Positions 50,001 through 64,000 of a stretch of DNA of 64,000 nucleotides are shown here, piece after piece; within the stretch, counting starts at the first letter, position 1; each line of letters opens with the position of its first letter. The notes beneath the pieces were generated by a model. It was not told where the DNA came from. It did no database searches and saw only the letters and a program-made list of their open reading frames with translations. The DNA is from Ascidiella aspersa (Eukaryota), in assembly GCA_963924565.1 (NCBI GenBank), contig OZ004611.1, positions 23,374,001 to 23,438,000 on the forward strand, written 5' to 3'. A program made the translations under genes and the position numbers.

Positions 50001-53000
50001 ATTAAATTAGATTGAATGAGATCATTTAGTTCGAAATTAAAAATTAACTAGAATTATAATTACCTTAAAAAACGAATATCTTAAAAATTCTGTAAAAAAA
50101 AAACGATTTTCAACGACCATTTGAACTAGAATTACATTTAATTTTTCACAATCAATTTAATTTAAATCGCAAATTATAATAATTGCGTTTGTTGCTTTGA
50201 TTGATTTTTTCATACTCTCAACCGCATATATTGAGAAGGTTTTTAACTTATCTCCATTGCTTTCTTATTACTTATACCTTGTTTCGTTAGACTGAGGGCC
50301 GCATACGTAATTTAATTGTAGGACGTCGTGAAGCGCTCATACACCTAATGGTCGTAAAGCAAGGACCCCAGCATTAAACGTACCACAGTTACAACTTACC
50401 TTGGAGCTTTCGCCCAGTTTGATGAGCAGAACAACAGGTCGTCGTATGACGCGAGGTCCGCCGCGCAAACTTCTATCTGGCGAAGCACGTAGTTCTCTAC
50501 GCAAAGCAATGACGAGTGAAAAAACAAGAACCGCTATGGCAGTGCTTCGCGAAAGCATTTCTAATGTTACGAAGCATTTCTAAATGTTACAGTTTTCTAC
50601 ATTTTTACAACTAAGTAACAAATACAATTGGATGTGTTTTGTCGCATTAACTATTTCAGTACGTATATGCCAGTATTAAATATGCAGGTTTTATGCAACT
50701 GTTAACCTATGTATCTCCAATTAGTTGGATTTTAAACTATTGCTAAACAATTTGGTCAAATCTCATTGTGGGTCGCACAATAAAACTTGCATTAAAGGTG
50801 GGTCGCGACATGAAAAAGGGTTAGAAAGCACTGCATTAGGGGATACTATAATGATCGTTGTTGCATGAGCCGTTTGATTGATAGGCTTGTAATAAACAAC
50901 GTCAAAATTACCTTTATCAGGGTCAAGTCATGTGTCCAAATGCCTTTCAATTGAACAACTAACTGTTGCCAAAAATTTACAATTTGAATTGCATGCGCAA
51001 AAAATTATATACAAATACTTGTTAAATACCTTGCCAAAACATCTACGAGTTGTTGCCTTTTATTTGCGAGCTTTTGTTCAAAGTCGGATCTCGCCGGACA
51101 CTCGTTTACATTCTGGAGGTATTCTTTGGCTAAAAAAAATTATTATTATACGTGGTATTGCTGTGTTCTTCATGTTGTAAGTTAACAACGATAATAAGCC
51201 TTGGTTAAAGTTACGTAAAATATATTTGAAAACAAATAAAAAACAGACCAATCTCACGCATTGAAAATTTTTGTGTACTGGCGTCTGATATATATTATTT
51301 AACATAAATATAGCATTATTGGGATACTAAAACATAACTATATAAATCAAATTATAAATACCCGTTTTTGGTTTGATTGTACCCATGCGCAATTAAAGAT
51401 TTAAGTTTTTCATAAAGAAATTGTACTTGCAAAGTTAAATATTTGGGAAAACTTTGGACTCAGGATGTTAACAAATCACGGTGCTTTTTGAAAAGAAATG
51501 GATACCCAATATGTATATAGAACAACAAATTATGTGAGCGACCCAAAGATACCACCTTAAACGATTATAAATACAGACACGACCAATAGGCATTAGATGG
51601 CTCCAATTGAATACAGACATCCCTACATTTAACAACAAGAGAAACATGGCGCTTCATTTTACCATGCAAATTTCGTGTTACTTACTGTTTAAAATTAAAT
51701 CCACAGCCTGTTCAAAGTTTCTCTGTGCAATAAACACATCCAAATCCTCGGGCATCTCATGCAGCCAATCAGCGTTCAGCCTTTCGTCATGCGTCATGAA
51801 GTTCTTGTCCGGCGTTGCTTGTGCTTTTCCGTCGGAATTGATAGCCTCGGTAAGCGCGGTCTCAAACTCAGTGAAAGCTGGGTGGTGAAAAGAAATAACA
51901 TTTGCCAGCCGACCGGCCAACTGGAATGAGTTTGCTTACTCTGCAACTTACACTTTTAACGGTAAAATGTGATGTAGCATTTCATGAAAAACCAAATTTC
52001 CTATTTTTTAACCCCCAAAAAAATTGTTTGGCATCATGCAAAGTTAATTTGCAAAATAAGAGTTAACGAATATGAGCAGATAGACTGTTATTCAGATTTT
52101 ATTTTCTATTAGTTTAAATTAGTACATATCCTAGGGATAAACAATAAGTATTTTGGTTGGAAAAAATTCTGCACCAAGTGGACTTTTTGTGAAGGCACCT
52201 TCAGCTAGTACTAGTACACACCTATAAAGGGTAAAAAAAATTCACTCACGATTTAGGCTTTGTTTTGTTGGGGACTCCAGCAATGGGGAAGTGGCAGAGG
52301 CCAGGTCAGATTTTTTCTCCTTATCGCTTAAATGCTTTCTCTTAGTTGCATCAACAATATCCAGCCATTCTCTCTTTAGAAACATATGCCAGTTTTGAAG
52401 GATAAGTTGTCAATTTAGCATCGCTTTGCATGGCAAGGTGTAACAGTATTGGTCAAATACCTTCTTAGATAAGAAATTAGTAAAGAAACACAGGATTTAA
52501 CAGTTGCTACATAATAAACGCACACTGTTAATTTCAGTTTGCCAACTTCACCAGTGGAGTAAATTTGAAGACCATGTTTTACAGAGGGTTGAATAGGTTA
52601 TTGTAGTTAAACTCAACAAAACATTAACAATACCTTTTCCTTTGCACTTTCGCATTGAAACATTCTTGAATCAGGAAAAATCAAGACTTTAAAGGCATTC
52701 TTTACAGCTATAGAAGTACAAAGTTTCAAATGTTAAAGATGGTAGAGCATTAACAATATTACATTCATCTCAATAATAATCATTGTGGTATGTCCATATA
52801 GCAATATTAACAAAAAGAGTTATGTTGCAGCTATTTTTTAGGCTATGACAAGGCAATTTTGATAAAGAGATATTTCATAAAAAAAAATCAACAAAAAATT
52901 AGTACTTGATTTACAAACCTTGTTTGGGAGTAGGTTGTTAAAATTAGTTTGCAGTTATCTGCACAATGGTTAATTAGCATTTACATTCCATCACCAAATA

Positions 53001-56000
53001 TAATACGAATTTTTACCTGATCTCACACTAGGAACACTAAACTTTATACTTTACTGAAAAAATGACTGGCAAAACTTGCACTGTAGTAACTGTAAACAGG
53101 TATACAGACTTGCTAGGTACCTGGAGTAGATGTAAAAAACGCAAAGCCTTCCCTGCCTGTAAATTAATAACATAAATAATACTTTAAAATTTGGTAATCT
53201 TTTTTTAAAACTACATAAAGAAGTTTACACATGTAAATCGATTTCATTAAATAACTAAGGCTTTCCTTTCTATAAAGGTTAAAAAAATTGTTTCATAATT
53301 CTCATATCTGATAATATTGACTGCACTAAACTCTTATTAAATACTTTTATGAACCTTTTTTAATTGTATAACTTCACAATCCTTCAGAATAACGCAAAAC
53401 TGGAAATAATTATTATGCTACCCTTTTAAAATGAGAATCAAAATAAAACTAAGTTAAACAATTTCACTTGATAACTAAAAACAAAATATACTCTTTCTTA
53501 TTTGAATTGCTGATTAGACAAATTTGCTAAATTTTTTAACACTTTCTTACATAAAGACAAAAAGCTAGTAAAATAACAGAACAAGGTTATTGAAACTTTC
53601 CTATTCAACCTTTCATCAATTTACTAATTTATTTCACCCATATCACCAAGCCATATCCCTAATTAACCAAAAAACACCAATGCATTTGAATTAATTACAA
53701 CATGCATATTAGTTCCCTTAGCTTTGTTCACGACTTACTTTTTGCAGGAACCTTTTTACCTACGATTTTTATTATTAAAATAAATCAAAGTATTTAGAAG
53801 AAAAAACATACTTGGTGTTGCACAACTAACAAAAATTAAACTATAAGTTTAAACAATCTTTAAAAATAAAATAAATCATTTGGCTAACAGATGAAAGTTA
53901 ACAGCAAAGCTAAAACAAAAAAAAAGTTGCATGCTAGGATTTAAAGTGTTTGGTTTCTTAAAATGGTTATTAATATTGGTAAAGTCTTTTTTTCTGAATA
54001 AGAGTAATAAATGACAATCAAATATTCTATTTGTTTTGTTTTTACAGTTATACTATTGTTTGTTTGGGATAACAGTAATATATATACATATGATAATTAC
54101 TAAATCAAGCGATCCGTTTGCTTTCTTTTTAAAGTTAAACAATTGTTTGTTTAGGATTTTCTGTTTGCAGTTGAATAATATATAAGAACAGAAAGCATGT
54201 TGTAAAATAAAAGTTGTTAAAAAGAAAGTCACTGTGCAACAACACTCACGCCCTACATCCCTTGCGTTGACCATGGCCAGAGTGTCAATCTCCCAAAGAA
54301 CCTGAAACTTGTATTTTCCAGCGACAGCATTTCCCCTTCTTGTGCTTACCCAGGTTGTAACGACCACACTGCGAGCAAAATCAACCTGTTTATTCGACTT
54401 TTAGTTACTAACTTGACCAGGTTAAACTAGCAGAAGACTACAAATTGACAAGAAAAAGTGACCAATAGATCATAGCACAGAATAAGCTATTTATTGAACT
54501 CTAGTAAATATTAACACTTATTATTTAAAATTAATGAGGTAAGCTCGTATCTGCTGCCGAAATGTTGATTTATACTTTGTTTACACCAAAAGAGAGATTT
54601 CAATTTATTGATATGTTACCGGGTGGAACTAACTCTATTTCTATTAAATATTGTTGTCAAATTATTGGAGCGTTTCGGTTTTACTAAACGCTGTGGTCTT
54701 TAATTTTGATTTCACAATTTGTTTAATTTTAAAATTATAAACTCAATTGACAAAAAACATGATATAATTTAAGAAAAAATAACAATTTTTTCTATATTTA
54801 CCAATCGTTAAATAGATACATATGGATTTTTCCAACAGGATTAAAAGTGTCGGTGTTCAGTTCAGTTACATCGCCATCATGAACCAGGTACCTTCCAGGA
54901 GCTTCTAAAATGTTCTGCAAAAATTATTATTATTTTTTTATGTGTGAAAAGTGTCAAAACAAATTTCTGCTGGCCACTTACAGTGCAGCCTTCCACTTTC
55001 CCAACAAGCGCAGACATGACTTTTCTCTGTTCCAGTTCCTTGTCAGCTTGCTTTTTCTTGCTGTCGTCTACCCCTTGTGGGCTTTCACCTGAAAACAAAA
55101 TTATGCACCATAAGAGTTAAATAAAAAACAGCAACTTATTATTAAAGTTTGAACTTTGCTGCTACAGAGAGAACAGTGTAATAGAAACCAGTGTATAATT
55201 ATCACTTGTAAATATTTTGAGATAAAAATCAGACTAAGAAGTGAGATGTGCATGAGCTAAGAAACCACTGAAGATAATTTAGCATATTTTCTTTAAAATA
55301 ATAATAATAAATGTCATCCCTTAATGGAAAAAGAACCAAGTAACTCTACATAGAAAAACATTTCCTTAACACTGAGCTCGCCATAACAACCTTGGCCACC
55401 TTTTAAGGCAATGCAGGGATTTTCATAAATATTTTTCTAGTTATTCAAAATCTAACCTAAGTGGTGCACCATACCTTAAAGGTTACATAAAAAGAGCCAC
55501 ACCAATTTTAAAAAATAAAACCAGATTTCTATAAAAAGGTACAGCAATTCAACTTAAGTTGTAATGTGTTTTATTGAGATAACATCTAATTTAATCCTAA
55601 CAATAGTTGTTAGTGTGGCACATCTGATTAACAAAGTAAAAAAATTGATGAAGCCAACGGGTTAGCCAGCTTGCCTTAAATCTAGTCATTGGTATACCTT
55701 TTCCTTTGGTGGTATAAAGGGTTGTCATAACTTCCATCAGGTTTTTCTGCTCTGTCAAGATATGGTTGAGCTGAAACATTTCCCCTTCCAAGTCTACAAG
55801 AAAATTTAAAATGAATAAAAAACTGTTAATACTATGGGTGAGAACTGAGGTTTGTAATGTATATCAAAACCCAAAACAAACCAACTTTATTAGCATATGG
55901 CAAAATACAAACCAATTTACATATGAAATTTCCATAGGGTATAAAGCCCAAATAAAACTAATCCAACACTTTTTTATATCATGCTGTTTCTCTCAAAAAA

Positions 56001-57422
56001 ATATCCAACCTTGATTATATAAACATGTCAAATATAAATAAAGCAGTCACTCTAGCCCTGTTTAAAGCTTTTAAACAGACAATAAAATACATAGGGACAT
56101 CTTCTGGAAAAATCACATGATAATGTGCCCTCACAATTACACAATAACATCAAATTATTGCTACCATCTAAGGTGGCCAATCCCACATTTAGCCCGATTG
56201 TATTGCCTTCCTACCAACATATTAGGCATGAAATTCTTGCCCAAAACCAATGACGTCATTTGGTGGAAATATCACCTTGCTAAATAAAAGACGCATTTAT
56301 GGCGCAGGATTTGGCATTGGATTTCAGCCAAAATCATTGTGTAAATTGTTGGTGGCCAAATTATGGATTGCAGTGGGGACAAATAAATAATAAAAGTATT
56401 TATACAGAAAAGTATGTATTTTGTCTCATTTCGAATTATTACATGATATTTCTTTTGCTGTGTCAATAAATAGCTGGTAGTTGTGATAAACTTGTTTCTT
56501 AAGTATTTGAGCAGTCTCTTCACCAAGTGCCTGGACTCTGTGACGATTTTCTTGTAAGTCTTTGTCTCCATCAGATTGGGCACTGATGCTTTTGGCAACT
56601 AAAAGAAAATAAATAAATTATGAAAATGTAGGTATACATCTGTCCCATTATTTAGATTTAGTTACAATGGTAAAAATGAAAAAAAAAGTGTTAGTTTTAC
56701 AGTTTTACAATTGAGAATAGAAGGACTAAGTTTATTAGGCCTGTAATAGATTTGTTTATTGATGTTTTGGAATTGTTTAAAAGTAAGATTTTTTGTTCTT
56801 GATGAAAGGTTTCCTATATTTTCAGCCCTATATATTTAAGTTGTTCATGGCTTAAGTTAAAAAATTGTACCTGAAAATAGTAATAATTAGCACCGTGTTA
56901 GAGAGATGGTTGGATTTTTATTTTTTTGGAAATGAAACAACTAAAACTCAGTACGAAGTAACAAGCAAAAATTACAGTTGTTTGTTCCAGGTTGCAGTGA
57001 AAGACCGTAAGGTACATCGAGTCAACTGCACCCTAACATCGTTATGCTTATGCATTTCAGAATAAGATAGAAATGAGGCTAGAAATAAATTGTTTTTGCA
57101 TAATAATAAATATCTTTAAAATGGCCAGATTTGTGATATCCTGCATTTGTAGTATTTGAATTTGTTTGAAGATAGCTTTTGTGTGAATACTAGGTTTGGA
57201 ACATAAGGGGCCGTTTCTGCAACTGCGGCCATAGTTGCGCATTTCGCGTTAAAACAACATAAAATGCGGTCAAATATGGGAGAATAAATATAATAATAAA
57301 ACTTGAACCACCCAAACCAAAAGGCAAATATACTTACATTTATCAGGATCAAAGTTTCTGCTACTCAGCGTTTTCGCGAGCGATGTAGAAACTTTAGGAA
57401 TTCCCTTAATTGCATCTGCCAT
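44003..57422 (-). CDS. EXOC8: Exocyst complex component 8 (Exo84), 17 exons, ~712 aa
   Basis: Exons: 57338-57422, 56443-56598, 55698-55793, 54982-55088, 54802-54914, 54250-54368, 52634-52707, 52250-52373, 51686-51877, 51030-51129, 50400-50496, 49719-49899, 48768-48898, 47673-47831, 46383-46529, 44954-45139, 44003-44074; total 2139 nt, in frame. Motifs SDGDKDLQENRHRVQAL, VYHNYQLFIDTAKEIS, PH-domain KNAFKVLIFPDSRMFQ, PEDLDVFIAQRNFEQAVDL, SPDRSLRGGP, FVVWAQ. Confidence 0.94.
45199..45591. mobile_element. hAT-type MITE, GAGTCGG/CCGACTC family (reverse orientation)
   Basis: CAAGGCTATGGAGTCGG...CCGACTCCGCAGCCCTG, TSD GCTGCTAC/GCTGCTCA. Confidence 0.72.
47265..47482 (+). mobile_element. tRNA-cloverleaf repeat family, copy with upstream spacer + head + part of tail
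   Basis: Homologous to 34078-34245, 35055-35207 and 20780-21100. Confidence 0.8.
47333..47407 (+). tRNA. tRNA-like cloverleaf in a dispersed repeat (pseudo or atypical tRNA; anticodon arm 2 nt too long, no U33)
   Basis: Acceptor GCCTGCA/TGCAGGC, D arm GCTC-AGTTGGTA-GAGC, anticodon arm CGGTC-CCGGCTT-GACCG, T arm GTGAG-TTCGAAC-CTCAC. A and B boxes intact, followed by a TTTTT run. Confidence 0.75.
47945..48190. mobile_element. Hammerhead-bearing repeat family 3, inverted pair
   Basis: Minus strand 47976-48020: TTCC-CTGATGA-A-GGC(ATTCTGTATAACGA)GCC-AAAA-CG-TC-GGAT (G12 to A). Plus-strand degenerate copy TTGATGAAGGCATTCGGTATAGGTGGTCCAAACGTCGAATAAC at ~48116-48158. Confidence 0.65.
48468..48666. 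repeat. Long-hairpin dispersed repeat (CCATACAGAAGTA family)
   Basis: Arms of ~75 bp in inverted orientation (48498-48665) plus one-sided tail TTAGGAGCATAA..TTGGAGGTTG. Related copies at ~9720-9860, 18665-18840 and 32943-33082. Confidence 0.75.
49237..49702. mobile_element. hAT-type MITE, TGACT-repeat family
   Basis: CAGTGTTGT...ACAACACTG ends, internal TGACT/GGACT repeats, TSD degraded. Further partial copies at ~20290-20465, 21840-22105 and 33174-33325. Confidence 0.7.
54530..54610 (+). mobile_element. Hammerhead-bearing repeat family 2, second degenerate copy
   Basis: TAATGAGGTAAGCTCGTATCTGCTGCCGAAATGTTGATTTATACTTTGTTTACACCAAAAGAGAGATTTC aligns with 11592-11662. Confidence 0.55.
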
Positions 57423-58276
57423 TCTGATATATTATTTGACGTTATCTAGTTTTGTTTTCGTTTATTTTTTGTTCAGAAACTATAAAAAAAATATTTTGGA
57501 AGAAACAAGGGAAATACCCAATTTAGATCGGATGAGCTAATATTTTTATTTTAATCTTAGGGATCCGAACTGTTTTTACAAAGGGCCGAATAACTGTAAG
57601 TGTAAGGCATGACAATTGCTCACCGGATATAAATCTTGTGTTTAACTTTCACTTCTGCAATGGAAATTTCTTTTTGGACTTCCATAGCATTTTGTCCGCG
57701 GCTTAATCACTTCCTGTTCACTTAAAAGTTTACATTTTCAGGGAGGTGAAGAACCAAAATCCTCTTTATATAGTTTAACGCGCCATACTTTGTTTAGCTG
57801 AACGTGCTAAAGGTTTACCATAAAGACTTTAAATTCTATGTTTTTACAGACCTCCTAAAAGTCTCAGAAATCTAATCGAAAGGCTGGGGAGTCCGACTGC
57901 AGGGGAGAAAGTAAAGGCCTAGAAATTAAACACAATCCAGAAAAATCTAACCGTTTTGGACTTACAGCCCTGTATGCCACTCGATACAGCAATCCACCTA
58001 AAGGGGTGTCATAAAACTCACCCACACATTACAAGCGGTTGGAAAACATTCAATCCTTTACTATTCTATTCTATCCTTAAGATTTACTGTGGGATGGCCA
58101 ACCTACGGCCCGCGACCTATTTAATAGACTGTACACGAGGCTATTCCACATCTTTTTTGGGAAACACGCAATATGACCTGAAAATCAAAAATACCTAAAA
58201 CAGAAAAATCTATAAAACCATAGTATTAAGACCATCGACATAATACAGCTAGATACCCAGTAATATCCCGTACCGC

Positions 58277-58456
58277 ATAAGATCAAAATCGTCTGAATAA
58301 GACCTAAATCTGTCGGAATAAGGTCTAAATTCATCGGAATAAGGCCTAAATTCATCGGAATTAGTCCTAAATTCATCGGAATAAAGACTAAATTCATTGA
58401 AATAAGGCCTAAATTCATCGGAATAAGTCCTAAATTCATCGGAAGAAGACCTAAAT
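58277..58456. repeat. 21-bp minisatellite (consensus AATAAGGCCTAAATTCATCGG, ~8 units) inside a dispersed element
   Basis: Direct reading of units. The same element with fewer units is at ~36995-37310. This copy lies inside a decayed GGCCCGCG-type hAT MITE (~58088-59013). Confidence 0.85.
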
Positions 58457-59334
58457 GGCCATAATAACGCCAGACCCTGTGGGTAGAGGGTATGGGATTA
58501 TCGGGGGCCATCGCTCTGGAATCGGCCATTTTGGTGCCAAGGTTTGGACACCATAGTCTGACCGGCGCCGCTGTTTTGGCAACGGATTTTCTGTCCTGTT
58601 TGGGGTTAGTGTTGAAATTATTAGGGGAGTTAGTGATCTACTTAGGGGTGGGGGTTGGGGTTAGTTAAAGTGTTTTTTAGGCCTTATTCCGACGGATTTA
58701 TGACTTATTCCGATTAAGACGATAGAAATACCATTAGGTATTAGTCCTATTTTGGCCTTATTTACGAATTGTGTTGGTGTTGTTCTTATCTCGGTCTTAC
58801 GGCTGGAGTTCATTTTTTGGTGATTTCGAATGCCTAAAAACATTTCTTTTTGCTCTTATGCACAAAAAGCAAAACATCCTAGATTTATCCATGATCAACG
58901 GTCGTCGCGGGTGTTATCGAATGCGTAAAGTTTACACAGTTAAAATTTAATGGCCACTGTGACTTTCCTGAGTTTTGTTTCGGCCCGCGACTAGAAAAAT
59001 GTTGCCAACCCGTTATTTACAGGGTGCGGCCTATAGATTCAAGAGTCCTAAGTACGACAAGCGAAATAAACAAACTCCGTGAAGTTCCTAAACGTGGTAC
59101 GGCAAGCCCACCGTGGCGAAACAGCGAACATCCGAGAAAAGCAAATTACAAAAAAAACACCGATTGTTGTCGGAAGTCATTCTAAAGTAAACACATCTCT
59201 TTGCCAAGACTAGAGAGTTCGGTTTAGTTCCGGGTCTGTCAAGAATTAATTTGAACTTATTTCCGCCCCGCAAATCATAGCCACTGTCCACCCAATTCTA
59301 AAAAAATCGGATTATTATATGCTGTATTTGGAAT

Positions 59335-59340
59335 TTTATT
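59335..59340 (-). terminator. Probable HSC70 polyadenylation signal AATAAA
   Basis: AATAAA on the minus strand ~300 nt after the stop codon. Confidence 0.55.
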
Positions 59341-59644
59341 GGCATTTACATTTTTTTCTTTTGTATCAAAACAAGATTTGCCAGGCATTGGCTTCCTGGA
59401 TACACGTATTCCCTCGCGGAGGGAACAGGCCTTACTTGCTGCAAATAGACTTCAGATGTCGAAGTTTGGAATTGAACGGTTCGGTTATGAAGAAAAGAAA
59501 TAAACAACATCGAAAATAATGATGTACAACAACGCAACGTTCGCACGAGCGAGAATTGCACCAACATGGTATCAAATCGAATAATGAAAGGAAAAGCGAT
59601 AATTTAAAGAGAAATTCTGCCAGCAGCAAAGTTCCAATGTCGCT

Positions 59645-64000
<4,356 letters not shown>

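Noticed and set aside
58277-58456. CRISPR-like array
   Set aside because: Contiguous tandem units without unique spacers, eukaryotic context, no cas genes.
58185-58529. 114-aa ORF with LGLIPMN repeats
   Set aside because: Translation of the 21-bp minisatellite.

Overview
Eukaryotic, AT-rich, intron-dense genomic DNA. An invertebrate chordate such as an ascidian is my inference; the species cannot be determined from this window. Four spliced protein genes were reconstructed by hand, and for the three complete genes the exon sums stay in frame. They are a K+-dependent Na+/Ca2+ exchanger (SLC24/NCKX family, + strand, 18 exons, ~924 aa), ATG16L1 (- strand, 17 exons, ~592 aa), EXOC8/Exo84 (- strand, 17 exons, ~712 aa) and the 3' part of a cytosolic HSC70/HSPA8-type gene (- strand, runs off the right edge). 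HSC70 introns hold three box C/D snoRNAs: one SNORD35/snR73-like and two SNORD52/snR78-like, instead of the U14 that vertebrate HSPA8 hosts. Introns carry many hAT MITEs with 8-bp TSDs, several of them nested, and at least three families of Penelope/retrozyme-type minimal hammerhead ribozyme motifs, one with an intact core. The most unusual element is a ~355-bp tRNA-cloverleaf-bearing repeat that occurs circularly permuted and as a head-to-head inversion, unlike a normal SINE. ATG16L1 and EXOC8 both show a sharp CpG-poor 5' / CpG-rich 3' polarity. Most short ORFs in the supplied track are spurious.
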